64,000 bases of DNA. It comes from the human T2T-CHM13v2.0 reference genome, Homo sapiens. The number at the start of each line of letters is the position of its first letter. Position 1 is the first letter of the stretch. Positions 26,576 to 39,605 of this stretch are shown here, piece by piece. The notes below the pieces were generated by a model. It did no database searches and was not told the DNA's origin. It saw nothing but the letters and a program-made list of their open reading frames with translations. The stretch is from the NCBI RefSeq assembly GCF_009914755.1, contig NC_060940.1; one strand, given 5' to 3'. The position numbers were made by a program, and so were the translations under genes.

Positions 26576-28114
26576 AATGAGGTTTATCACAGAATTGAAA
26601 ATCTGGCTTAATCCTCAATAATCAATCATGTAATTTATCACAGTATATGATCATATCAATACATGCAGAAAAAGAGAATTTTACAAAGTTCAGCATTCAT
26701 TCATAACAAAACCTTTCAGAAAACTAGGAATAGAAGGAAATGTAATAAAGGGTATCTGCAAAAAACAGTACACCCAGCACATCATACTGAATGTTTTCTC
26801 CATAAGATCAGGAAATAGTCAAGGATGTCAACTCTTGCCACTCCTATTCAATTTTGTACTAGATGTCCTAGCAAATTCAATAAGTCTAGAAAAAGAAATA
26901 GAAGGCATTTGGAATAGAAAGAAAAATACAACTATCCCTATTCATAAATAATATAATTCTCTACATAGAAAACCACAAGGAGACTACAACAAAGATCCTA
27001 GAACAAATAAGTGAGTTCAATAAGGTTGTAGAATAAAGGATCAATACATAGAAATCAATTTTATTTTTATGTATGAACAATGAACAAACAATTCTAAATA
27101 AAATAATTAAAACAGTACCATTTACAATAGCTCTCAAAAGGAAATTGTACATATGAATACAACAAAATATGTCTAGGATCCGTGTGCTAAAAATTGCATA
27201 ATGCTGATAAATGAGATCAAAGAAGACCTATAAGAAACAGAAAGACACTGTGTCCATGGAGCGAAAGAGTCAATATAGTTAAGATATTGTAAAGATGTCA
27301 ATTTTTCCCCAAGTTGATTCATAGATTTAATGCAACCCCAATCAAAATCCCAGCAAGATTTCTTGTACATACACACTAACTGATTCTAAAACTTGTATGG
27401 AAAGATTAAGAAATTCAAATGGCCAAAACAATTTTGAAAAATTGAACAAAGTTGGAAACTCACACTAGTAAATTATAAGATGTACTGTAAAGCTACAGTA
27501 GTCAAGACAGTGTGCCATTGATGAAAAGGTAGACAGATACGCCAATGGGATGGAATAGAAAACCCAGAAGTGGAAGCACACAAACATCATCAAGTGATTT
27601 TTGAATTTTTGATAATAATTTAATGGAGAAAGGGCAGTCTTTTCAACAAGTAGTGCCAAGAAAAGCCTTTCAACATCCATACACACACCAAAAAAAAAAG
27701 AAAAAAAGAAGCTTGATTCACACCCGACACTAGATAAAAACATTAACTCAAAATGGATCACAGACTCAAATATAAAACAAATTACTATAGAACACTTAGA
27801 AGGAAACAGAACTAAATCTTCATGACATTGGGTTAGGGAAAGATTTCTTAGATATGACATCAAAAGCACAAAAAAATGTTACAAGGAAAAATAATGAACT
27901 TTATGAGAATTAAGCACTTTTGTGCTGTGACAAAAACAAGAGAATAAAGGGATAAACCACACACTGGGAGAAATTATTTGTAAAGCAAATATGTGACAAA
28001 TGACATGTACCAAGAATATACAAAGAATCTCCCACACAACAATAAGAAAATAACAACCCAATTTTAAAAACAGGCAAAATATTTGAGCAAATCGTTCACT
28101 AGAAAAGATATATG

Positions 28115-28405
<291 letters not shown>

Positions 28406-28781
28406 AGAAAAGAAATATGACGCCAGATAAACACATGAAAATATGCTCAATATCATTTGTCATAGGGAAATTCAAACTGAAATCACAATGAAATGCTACT
28501 GCACACCTATTAGAATGATTGAAATAAAAAATCCTGACAATATCGAGTGTCAGTAAGGATGCAGAGACAGGAATTCTTGTGCATTGCTGGTGAGAGTACA
28601 AAATGGCATAATCTCTTTGAAAAAAATACACTTGTAATTTCTGAAAATGTTAAACGTTAAACATACACTTACTATATGATCCAGCTATCCTACTTCTAGA
28701 TATTTATGTTGGACAAATGAAAACTTAAATGTTCATACAAAACCTGTACTCAAATTTTATAACAGCATTATTCATAATTAT

Positions 28782-29140
28782 TGTTTTAGTCCATTTTGTG
28801 CTTCCATAATAGAATATCTGAGACTGGGTAATTTATAAATGACATCAATTTATTTTCTCAGTTCTGAAGTCTGGGAAGTCCATGATCAAGGCTCTGGCAG
28901 ATTCAGTGCCCGGTAAAGCTTTGTTTTTAGCTTCCAAGATGGTGCCCTGTTGCTCTGTTATCGCATGACAGAAGGTGGAAGGGCAAAAAAGATGCTGCCT
29001 GAAGTCTCCTTTAGAAGACCATAAATCCCTTTCATACAAGTAGGAGTCCTCATGTCCAAATTGCCTTTTAAAGTTCTCCCTTCTTATACTATTACATTGG
29101 CACCACCTGAATTTTGGAAAGGACACATGAAACAATAGCA
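28782..29140 (-). mobile_element. MaLR MST solo LTR inserted into L1M
   Basis: 'tgttttagtccatt...gactgggtaatttata...aagtccatgatcaagg...aatagca'; TSD attat/gttat. Confidence 0.9.
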
Positions 29141-29629
29141 GTTATCACAAACCAGGAACAGCTCAAATACCCTTCAGTGGGTGAGTGAATAAACAAACTA
29201 TGGTACTTCCATGGTGCATCCATGCAATGGAATATTGTTGAGCAACAAAGAGGAGCAAATTGCTGGTAACACACAACATGATGAATCTCAGATGCATTAT
29301 GCTAAGTAAAAGAACTGAATCTCAAAATGTAATTAATAATATCATTTTATTTGTATGGTATCTTGAAAAAGGCAAAACTATAGAAAGAGAGCACATCAGT
29401 GATTGTCAAAGGTTTGAAGTTGTGGTGGAGGGGGGCACTTGAATATCAAGGGGAAACACAAAGGAATTTTTGGAATGTGGAATTTCTTCTGTATCTCACT
29501 TTCACTGGTTACAAGAATCTATGCATGTGCCAAAGTTCTATGAGTTCTGTGAGTTCATGGTACTGCATGTAAATTAAAAACATCAACAAATTAATTTTTA
29601 AAATTAAGTAGAAAAAGGGTGAATTAAGT

Positions 29630-29719
29630 TAAGTGAAACAAAACAGATACTTTGGAGATCAAATAAAATCTATCTGCAGTCTGAATCCTACCCATGTACC
29701 TTCAGTTTGCAGCTCCTGA
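29630..29719 (+). mobile_element. MER102 3' portion
   Basis: 'caaataaaatctatctgcagtctgaatc...cagtttgcagctcctg' resembles the MER102 3' terminus. Confidence 0.55.
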
Positions 29720-30099
29720 CCTGAACAAATAGCCTGTTAAAAACAGTGTTCTTACGATATCATTTGACTCAGTTTCTTAAAATGAGGCCCAGACAGGGAA
29801 AGAAAATTTCGAAAGCCACACAGCTATTCTTTTCAGTGAAGTCAGGTTGCCTCACTCCTGCTTCTCTATGACACGTGTTTTGATGCAAGTTGAATATAGA
29901 GTTGCTTCCTATTACTCTCAAGTAAGATCCTAAAATATAATCTAATTCTCAAACACAGATTTTTAAGCAAGAAAAGCAGGGGTGAGAAACTACCCTCATG
30001 ATTAAAAAGGGCAAACTCCTTAAAGCTCAACTTTACAAGAAGGATATTAAAAATTAGGACCTCAACAAACTATTCTAGTAAAAGTATGGGGATAACAGG

Positions 30100-30330
30100 C
30101 ACAGAACAATTTAACTGTTGAAATAATTCTGTCAAAGAAATTAGCAGCATTACAGGGAAGGCCGTGGGCCCTGACAGGTCCCCAGCAGACACTCATGTGC
30201 GCAGGGCTGCTATTGATTTTGAAACAATCTCGCACATGATAAATGAGAATGTGCTTAGGAGACGATTCGGTCACGAGAGCCCCCAGATCAATCAGCTTGT
30301 CAACAGGCAGACGAAATTCAATTTTTATTC
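30100..30330. promoter_or_regulatory. candidate enhancer (SOX/MEIS/PBX motifs)
   Basis: AACAAT twice, CTGTCA/TGACAG, ATCAATCA; several retained CpGs; repeat-free. Confidence 0.4.
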
Positions 30331-30692
30331 TTAGTAAACTCTTATTTGGTGGCAGACCATCGTTTCTGTAGAAATTGCTTCACAAAGGCCGAGGGGCAGG
30401 CATGAGAACATAAAAAAAGATCATCTTTTCAAACCATGTTCAAAGTGAAGATGTGGGACTTATGACTGGGAGTGAGAAAATGTGATTTGGGGACAGTGAT
30501 GACCAGAGCCCACCTTCTTTGCTCACTGGGACCAGTTAGAACCAGCTCTCCATGTCCCACACACACAGTGCACTTTCCTCTCTGTGAGCTGACCCAACCG
30601 CCTTAGAAGGAAACTCATTTAAAATGGGACTCCAAGCTTTGTGGAAGAAACTCAGTGACCCCACAACAAAGCTGAAAGGGACTTCTATTCAA

Positions 30693-30787
30693 TTAGCTTA
30701 AACCGTATGTTTAAATCATATGAAATTGCCCCTTCAGTACGTTAAAAAAAGGTTAAATATTAGCAGTTTAATATGGTTGAACCACAT
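30693..30787. mobile_element. MADE2 (Hsmar2 mariner-derived palindromic MITE)
   Basis: 'catatgaaattgcc...gcagtttaatatggttgaacc' inverted arms match the MADE2 terminal inverted repeats. Confidence 0.75.
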
Positions 30788-31019
30788 AACTCCTCTCTTT
30801 TCTTATCTTTCACTGCCATGATATTAGACATTTTCAGGCACCTTTTCTTTTTATAACCACTTCAAAATCACCCAAGAAATTAACTTCAGGGCTGTGACAA
30901 GGGCCTAGGATTCTTGACTCTCAGACTAAAGTTCTTTCCACCGTTTGGTGCTGCCTGTTCTCCAAAGACAGAGATATTCCTCTATTTGACTGTCAGCCCT
31001 TGAGTTAACCTTCACTTGC

Positions 31020-31490
31020 CAGGCACTGACAATACAGTGTGAGCCGTGGCCCCATGTTGCTCTTATAGTCTGGTAGGCTACACAGATGTTAAGTGAACAG
31101 AAGCATTACTCAGTTAATTACAAGTGCACAAAGTGCTACAGGATAGATGTTCAGGAAGAGCTCTGTGCAAAGAGCAGATTACAGGGGACCTAATTTAACA
31201 AGGGAGATAAGCTAAAGGGGTCTTATTGGGAGTTGCTCCCAAATTTAGACCTGATGGATGGATGGGAGTCAGAGGCAAAGATGAAGTGAGGGAGGTAGAC
31301 CAGTAGTATCTAGAGAGATCATTCCAGAGAAAATTGTGTGTACAAAAGGGGTGGGAGGTGACACAGATTGAGGGGCATAGAAAAGAAGGCCCAGATGCCT
31401 AGAAATAAGAAAACAAGGAGGGAAGCACTATAGGATAATGTGGATGAGGAAGGCAGGCCTAGATCACATGTGGTCCTGTAAATCTGCTAC
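31020..31490 (-). mobile_element. L2 fragment
   Basis: 'tgccaggcactg...cttatagtctggt...aggcaggcctagatcacatgtggtcctgta'. Confidence 0.65.
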
Positions 31491-31602
31491 ACCCACAGGT
31501 CTCTTTTTTTGAAAATGTAAAGGACTTTGGGCAAGGACTTTCCTGAGCTTTCTACCTCATTCAGATACACAGAACCAGAAGAACAGTGGGAAGGAGAGTG
31601 GA

Positions 31603-31994
31603 GGTCTTAGTACATTTGTGCTGCTATAACAAAATACCGCAGACTGGGTAATTTATAAAGTATAGCAACTTACTTTTCATTGTTCTGGAGGCTGAGAAGT
31701 CCAAGATCAAGGTGCCAGCAAGATTAGTGTCTGATGAGAAACCTTCTTCATTTCCAAGAGGGCGCCTTGTAGTTGCATTCTCCAGAGTGAATAAATGTCT
31801 TCACATGGCTAAAGAGTGGAAGACCAAAAAGGCGCTAAGGTGGTTTCTTTCAGCCCTTTTATAGGCACTAACCTATTCATAAGGGCCTTATTCTCATGAT
31901 TTAATCGCTTCCCAGAGGGTCCCAGCTCTTAATACCACCACAAAGGGGATTAAGTTTCAATACATGCATTTGGGAGGATATTGAGACCATAGCA
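31603..31994 (-). mobile_element. MaLR MST solo LTR
   Basis: 'gtcttagt...gctgctataacaaaatacc...gactgggtaatttataaag...aagtccaagatcaaggtgccagca...accatagca'; TSD gtgga/gtggt. Confidence 0.9.
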
Positions 31995-33403
31995 GTGGTA
32001 TTTACTATTGCCAGGCCTACTTAAGATACAATTCAGAGCAGATAGTCCATCAAGAGTGTTTCTGATGTTTTTCTGCTTCAACAATTAATGTTCAACTACC
32101 CAGAGCCAGTTTGTTCCTAGACAGGAAGCCCCTAAACAACTTCCAGGCCCCTGCCTGCACTTCAGTCTTGTTGTGTCCAGTTCTCCCCTTTAAAGGCTCA
32201 TGATGACCCAGTGGTTCCAGCAGATACACCCAAACCTCCATCATGCTGCCATGAACCACTCCATTTAACCCAGGATTCCAGGCCCACTGTATCTAACTGT
32301 TCAGAATGTATATAGCTTTGAAGAGGTTTGTCAAATGTTTTCTTCACCAATCCCATGTGACAATAGAACATGCTGAGAACATAACTCCTATGCAGAACCA
32401 ACACAGGGCTCAATCTTCATTCAGAACATCAAGAAACTTGATGTCAATGACTGAATGAACAGGGTTATATAGTATCCATTATTACACTTGGGGAAAATAG
32501 ATGAAACTCTACATTATTGAATTTACAGAAATTAGCCACTAGCAAAACAACATCACTTGCGGGACTTCCTTTAGACCCATTAAATGAGAAGGCAGAGAAA
32601 TTTCATCAAAAAAAGAAACAAAACAAAACAAAACAAAACTATGCTACCAGTGTGTAAAAGATGAAGGTCCCTACATTGAAGCAGATTGGAAGTATCTTCC
32701 TGACAAGAGCTAAAATTCAGTCTTGCTTTCCCAAAGCCATTTAATATTTTTCTTTCGCCAATAGTATGGTACCTACGTTTTTGGGGCTCCTTTTATTTGT
32801 TCTGTAAGCTACACCTAAATGTCTTCTTTTCTTATTGTTCCATGATATACCATTCTTTCCAATAAAGTCAGATCTTAATCTTCTTATACAAAAAAGAATA
32901 AATTACAACTATACTGGTTAGGTCTATTTAAAGGAAGAACAATGGAGAAACAACTTGGTAACTGGACAATTTGATAAATATACAAATCTAAACTCATCTC
33001 TCTTTTTTAATATCACCCATTTTGTGAGAAGCTGTTAAGACCAAAACATACGGATGATGGTTTTAACCATGCAAAGAAGCTTGTAATATTACCCTTAGTC
33101 CTGGGATGCATACTTTAAAATGTCTCCACTCTGACCACAGTGCCACTATTTTCTTCAGGCCAAAATACCACTAGGATCAAGGCATTTTCCTACCCAGAGC
33201 CCTGTCTTTCCTCTGGGTCACACTCCACCATGTTCCCAAGGCCGTGATAATCCCTGATTGGTCAGTCCTGGCATACTTTTTGGGTTCTGCTATTTCTTCT
33301 GGGGTCTGCTCTGCTGAGAGTGAATGGTACCACGCAGTGTGCCCACCCCTAGACCTGAGAGGAAGTCAAGGAGTGGCCTCTTGAAAAGGGAAAAACAGAG
33401 ATT

Positions 33404-33823
33404 AAGAATGCAAGCCACAAGCACACCAACATGGCACATGTATACATATGTAACAAACCTGCACGTTGTGCACATGTACCCTAAAACTTAAAGTATAATA
33501 ATAATAAAATAAAATAAAAAAATAAAAAGAAGTCAGATTACTCTTCTGGGAAGGCCACATGGAGACACCTGAGACTATCAGCCCCATGGGAAAAGGCAAC
33601 ATTTTAGTGACTTTTTCTCCTGATATTGTGAGATGTTATGAACCCAATACATCACTCTGCTTCCCCCACGGAGTTATTTTTGTATGATTTTATTCAGTGC
33701 TCTGAAGCTAATAAATCAGTCTTAAAAACAAAACAAAACAAAAAAACAACAAAAAAAGAAATACAACTAATAAATATATTGTGTCTTGCCTGTTAAAAAA
33801 AAAAAAAAAGAATGCAAGCCACA
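33404..33823 (+). mobile_element. 5'-truncated L1PA (L1PA3-like) insertion carrying 3' transduction(s)
   Basis: perfect 16-bp TSD aagaatgcaagccaca at 33404-33419 and 33808-33823; L1 3' end 33420-33528; non-L1 sequence with AATAAA plus A tails follows. Confidence 0.93.
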
Positions 33824-34249
33824 TTGTTGGCCATGGAAAGGAAGGTACCTAGACTGAATGCAAGGCCGGAGGCTCTCGGGAAAGAGCCACATTCCATGGT
33901 GCAACTCTAAGGAATTGTGATGTATATTTTTCAAGGATAGGACATTTAATAGGTTGCTACCTTGATTTGCAATTTAAATATTTAAACATATGGTCTATAG
34001 GCCTCCTTTGCCTTGCAAATGTTACAGATGAGCCTGTAGCATTCCTGTTAGTGATATCATCTTTAAACACCTACACATGATGGCAAGGCTAACTCTAAAT
34101 GCCAATAATCACCAAGCAAGAGTGATGCATAAGTGTTTTGTCTGGCTTCAGAACTTTGTATTCAAAATTCCACATATAATTATGTTTGAATAAATCATCC
34201 AAGTATGCATGATATGATACATATACAAAAATGTATACATACATACATC

Positions 34250-34817
34250 TAGTCATGATTTGCTTATAGCTGGTATGTTTTCTGAGAAATGCATCATTAG
34301 GTGATTGATTTTTTCATTGTGTGAACATCACAGAGTGGATGCACTTACATTAACCTAGATGGTATAGCCTTCTAGATACTTAATGCTCTGTGGTGTAGCC
34401 TATTGCTCTTAGGGTACAAACCTGTACAGCATGTGACTGTACTGAATACTGTGGCAATTGTAACACAGTGGTAAGCATTTGTGTATCTAAACATATCCAA
34501 GCATAAAAATAGTAAAGTAAAAATACTGTATGAAAGATTAAAAAATGGCACACATGTGCCGGGCACTTACCATGAATGAAGCTTGCAGGACTGGAAGTTG
34601 CTCTGGGTGAGTCAGTGAGTGAGTGGTAAGTGAATGTGAAGGCCTAGGACACTACTATGCACTACTATAGACTTTATAAACGCTGTACACTTAGGCTACA
34701 CTAAGTTTATAAAAAATATTTTTTCTTCAATGATAAGTTAACCTTAGCTTACTGAAAGACCACTGTCATATATACAGTACATCCTTGACTGAAATGTCAT
34801 TATGTGACACACGACTG
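34250..34817 (+). mobile_element. Tigger3-family (MER7-type) internally deleted element
   Basis: 'agtcatg...ttctgagaaatgcatcattagg...aacctagatggtatagcct...caaacctgtacagcatgtgactgtactgaatactgt...gactg' followed by TA. Confidence 0.9.
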
Positions 34818-34822
34818 TACAG

Positions 34823-34849
<27 letters not shown>
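34823..34849. repeat. (AT)n microsatellite
   Basis: seen directly, next to the Tigger end. Confidence 0.95.
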
Positions 34850-34853
<4 letters not shown>

Positions 34854-36699
34854 AACATATATACACTCACATGGTTAATATATATATACTTTCATGATTA
34901 CATAATCTTGACAACCCACCCATACATTCTAAATTATGCTTGCCTCAGGAAAGAGGTAGATTACCTGTGATTCTTGAAGTATGTGAGTTTGGAGTGTTAG
35001 AGATCTGAGAAGCAGATACTACACATCACCATCAAAGTTCTGCAGGTGGAGATGATTAGAGATGGCTCCAATAATTATGTGTATTTTGATTTCATAAAAC
35101 ACTGCATAGAATGAAATAGCATGTGTAGGATGCCAGCAACAATGTATAGAGACACCTGCAGGTATACAAGAAACTTCTAACCCCAGAGGTGCCTGGGAAG
35201 AAAGATAACTTGCCTTTTAAGCTTCACAACAAGCCTCCAACAGAGTTCAGTTCTTTCACTTAAAATCTTCCAGAACCCTCCCCATTTCATGCCCTTCCTC
35301 AAATAATATTGGAAAGAAAGAGAATGGATGGCACAAAGATTGAAAACCACAGGAAACTTGGAACAAACCAAGAGCTTTGAGGAAATAATGCATTTTGTAT
35401 TATTTTGTATTCCAGCTCAATAGGAAGTGGATGAAGTATCTCATTTCAGGGATGTGTTTTAACATGAAAAATGACCCGTATTCTTTATCCATTAAACTAT
35501 TAGTATATCCTAGCATTGTGGGTCTTAATAACATTTCCTTAAATAACTGTGAAAGCCTATTAGTTTTATTTCTTCCAGAAAAAACTGAAAGGAGGAAAAC
35601 ATAACATATTGGACACACAGGGATCAAGCTAATTAAATTGTAAATGCCAATAATGATATCTGACATTTCTTTTCAACGATAACCAATTATTGTAAGCATT
35701 CTCCCAATAGCTATTAAATCTATCCCTACAAACCTCATTTTTTCACATTTGGAATATCTAACACAGATCATTCGTCCTAGCCACTTCCATTAGTCTATGT
35801 ACAAATATGTATGTAGGGGGGTGGTATGGCTTATGTTTGGCCTAATTGGAGTATCACATTCCATGTTGAAAGCAATATTAAGTTACATTTAGGAAACAGG
35901 AATATTATATGTTAAAAACCAGAAAAAAGCTACACATCTGGTATATTTTAGTTGTGGGATATGTAATATCTCTATCCCTCCCAAATTCTGTCTACTGGAA
36001 ACCAAAATGAACAACTTGAGGACGTGTTTTCTTTCAGTTGAAACTTGAGGCCCAAACAGAAAGGTTGGTGAATGGATTGAAAATGGATGTGAAAAATCAA
36101 TAGCAATGGAACAAGGAGATTAGAGCCTACAAAATAAATGACTATTTCTAAAGGGATCAAATCTTGGGATATATGGGGCTTGGAGGCAGTTTACACTGAA
36201 AACAGCCCAACAGAAGAGCCCATGGAGTGACTCCAGGATGCTGGAAAGTGAATCAACCTTAAGCCATGGTCAGAATACAGGATCCAACAGCTCTGTATCA
36301 GAAGTAGGGGATGGCTTCCTTCTGGGCCTCGATGCTTCTTCTAGACTCTCCCAATCTTATTTGGTAGCACATACAGTCACCTATTAGAGGAAGATTTTCC
36401 CTGGTGGGAGGAAATATGTAGCTATCTACTGGATTGTGTGCAAAGCCCAAAATAATTTAGGCGAGGGCCTTTCTACTGATCTGGAATATTTCAGCATGGT
36501 ACTCAAGGAGGGGAAAGACACAAGGAAGCAACATTTAATGATTCTAAAAATATCTCCTCTAATCTTGACATATTTGTTAATCAAGAGAGCCTTGTGGAAA
36601 GCAACCATTATTATTTCTATCTTGCAAAAGAGGAAATTGAGGCTTGGAGATGACTCTGAAATCTCTCCAGGAAAATATAGTGAGCCAATGGTAGACATA

Positions 36700-37180
36700 A
36701 CATTTCCATTCAGATCCCTGCTCACCCTGAGACTCATTTCCTGCCAGTCTTCCCCTTGATGACAGTGCTGTAGTCACACACTCCTTCCTGTGCCTCCAAG
36801 CTGCCAAGGTCCTTCCTGCTGCAGAATCTTCTTACCCAGTGTTCCCTCTGCCTGGAGGGATGGCCTCTTTATATGCTTCCAGTTTCTTTCACATTAGAGT
36901 CCTTCCCTGTTTATCTTTGCTAAAGTGATCTCCCCTCCTGTCTCCCCACAGCCCAGCTGCTCTACACCACATTACCTAGTCTACTTCCCTTCTCGGCAAT
37001 TCTCTCTGACATTTTCTTCTTTGTGTCTGTGCTTACTAGTCAATTGTCTATCAGCTGACCTCTCACTGAGGGCATAGTCTTTGTCTTCCTCTATCTTGTT
37101 AGTATCCCCAGAGCCTGGCACAGTGCCTGGTACACTGTGGGTATTCACATTTATTGAATAAATGTATGAATAAATGAATG
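36700..37180 (+). mobile_element. L2 3' fragment, flanked by MIR pieces
   Basis: ends 'gcctggcacagtgcctggtacac...tttattgaataaatgtatgaataaatgaatg'; antisense MIR pieces at ~36560-36650 and ~37180-37250. Confidence 0.75.
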
Positions 37181-37559
37181 CATGAGAGAGGTTTCTAGCT
37201 CAGGTGTATCTAAATCTAAAACCTGAGTTCAATCTCCTCCACCAAGCTGTCTCCTTTGACAAAAGCACGGCAGCTTTGAGGTTAGTGACGCAGGTAGAGC
37301 AGTTGCTGAGGCACTGCTCATGAAGGTGGATGGAAGGTTGTTAGCACTTTTTCCTTAGCCCAGGATTTCTGTGAGTGGCAAGTGACCAAAACAGTCCACT
37401 CTGAAACACAAGGGGGAATTGAGATTAATGAAAACATGCTACTTAGACTCAAAAATCCTCCAAGATAGAAGAAAAGGGAAAATTTCAAAAAATGAATAAA
37501 AATACAAGAGAGGCTACCCTTCCCTTTTCTCCATTTGGATCAGCCAAATAATAGCTGAT

Positions 37560-37815
37560 ATTGTTTGTTTCAGTTTACTGAGCCACTCTTACATGCTACA
37601 CGCAATGTGCTATGTGCATGGGTTATCTCATGCACATGACCACTCACAACTGCACATTGTAACTGCTACTAATATCATCCTCATGCCGTCTTAAAAAAAA
37701 AAAAAAAAAAAAACTGGAGCTCAAAGATGTTAATCAATTTGCCCAAAGTCACATTATTTCTGAATAGCTTTGCTGAGACTTTCATACAGGTTTGGTGACT
37801 CCAGTGCCTATGATA
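37560..37815 (-). mobile_element. MIR with internal poly(A)
   Basis: 'tttactgagcc...actggagctcaaagatgttaatcaatttgcccaaagtcaca'. Confidence 0.7.
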
Positions 37816-38499
37816 GTCTGAAGTATTGGAAATAATTTAAATCCATTCTGGTGAGGAAAAGGGAACGAAAGAGGAGCAGGAGAAGATATTCCAGATTAGA
37901 GACCACTGTGGACAACTTCCCCAGTCTACCAAGATCCTAACGGTGTAAATACTGCTGCATCTAGAATATACTTCTAAGCAGTGCCCAGAACCCATAGTGC
38001 AGAAGTTGTTTACACAAAAAAGAGAAGAGAGGCAAATATTAAATATATTCAGTGATCTCATTCTTAACTTTTCCCTTCCCTCTACCAGGGTATCTCAGCG
38101 AAGCTTTCTGTAAATCTTTGGCCATCAACCAATAACTTTGGTTTTGGCCATTAAAAATAATTCTTCAATGACTCATGAAAAATGAAGAAGCAGCCCCCAA
38201 ACTGCATGGATTTCCAGCTCTTGAGTCTATTTGAACAGAGACACAATGACATCTATGTTTATTGTCTTCCATGGCTTAGTTGGCCAAATGTGCCTGTAGG
38301 AATGGTCTTCCCAGAAGCCCAGGGTGTCTGGCACCATGGCCAATCCTTGTGTAATCCCTATGCCTCCTAGAAGTCTTCCCGAAAATGTATATTTATCTCA
38401 CTCATGCTCCACTTCATAACCCTGTGGCCCTACCAGGTGCAGGAACATAACTCATAAGAAATATTAACATTGGCTGTTTATCATGGAGCTTGCAAAACA

Positions 38500-39500
38500 G
38501 AAAAGCAATAAAAGTGCAGGCATGCTCACTCAATTACCATTGAAATAGATATCACAAAAATTATTCAGTGTCAGAAATCTAATTTTGTATGATATTTCTA
38601 TATATTTCCATTGCTAATTTTTCTTCCCTCCAGTATTAGTGAATTAATATGCTTCAAATGCCCCTCAAGCTACCCTAGAAAAAATACTACTTATTTAGTT
38701 GAGCTACCCAAATCCATTAGACAAATTTCCTTTACAGCAAAGCATTGATGAATGAAATGTCTCATGCTAATGTAAGAATAATCAATTTAGAATGCTTATG
38801 ACAATTAACAAAGCTGAAGATATGCCTTGAAGGCTCCATGCTTTGTCAGCCCTGATTTGGATTAAACTTGTGCTAATGGGATCATTTTTCTTCCAAAAGG
38901 TATTCTTTTTAGGCAGACCTATCAATTAATATGAATTATGCATGTATAAAAGTACTAATGTCATTAATTAGACAAATTAATTTTTATGATGCAGTGGATA
39001 GACTAACACTAGATTATATGTGATAACTTCCCCCACGGCACCCACCGATTTGAAATAAATGAATAGTTTATATTTGTGTGCTTTCCATAGACTCAATCGG
39101 GATTAATCAGGCTCGTCTCTGGGCGGGAGATGGTTGAGATGCTGCATATTCTTGATGGTCTTCTCAGCCAGGGGGGTCATTTCAGAGACAATAGAGCCCA
39201 AATTGCAACAGAGAGAAACTTTAGAATAATGCTACGCAGGGTCATGGGGGAAGTTAGTAAATTGTAAGCATTTGTGCTGGCAAGCTTTAATTGACTCTTT
39301 TCCCCAAATTTACATGCTGTTGTCCAAGTAGACTAAAAAATACAAATAAATATCAGAAAATAAAGAGTAGGGGGGAAAAAGCATTTTGCAATTGTTGCAT
39401 TGACAGACATAACTCATTAATGTTGGTCAAATTTGATTGGCACAATATTTATCTTCTAACTGGGTCTAATTTGTAATTTTTTAATCCAGTACGAGCTAGG
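38500..39500. promoter_or_regulatory. candidate conserved non-coding element / homeodomain enhancer
   Basis: repeat-free ~1 kb; P3 TAATGTCATTA 38956-38966; GGATTA/TAATCC at 38859, 39100 and 39482; ZIC/GLIS-like CAGCCAGGGGGGTC 39165-39178. Confidence 0.5.
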
Positions 39501-39605
39501 TTAATTTTCAAATTCATGGAAACATTGACTTTTTTTCAAGCCTAATAAGTTACCTAAAGTGTAAGAGGATGAGGACCATGTGTTAAACTACCTGGTTAAG
39601 CTAAC

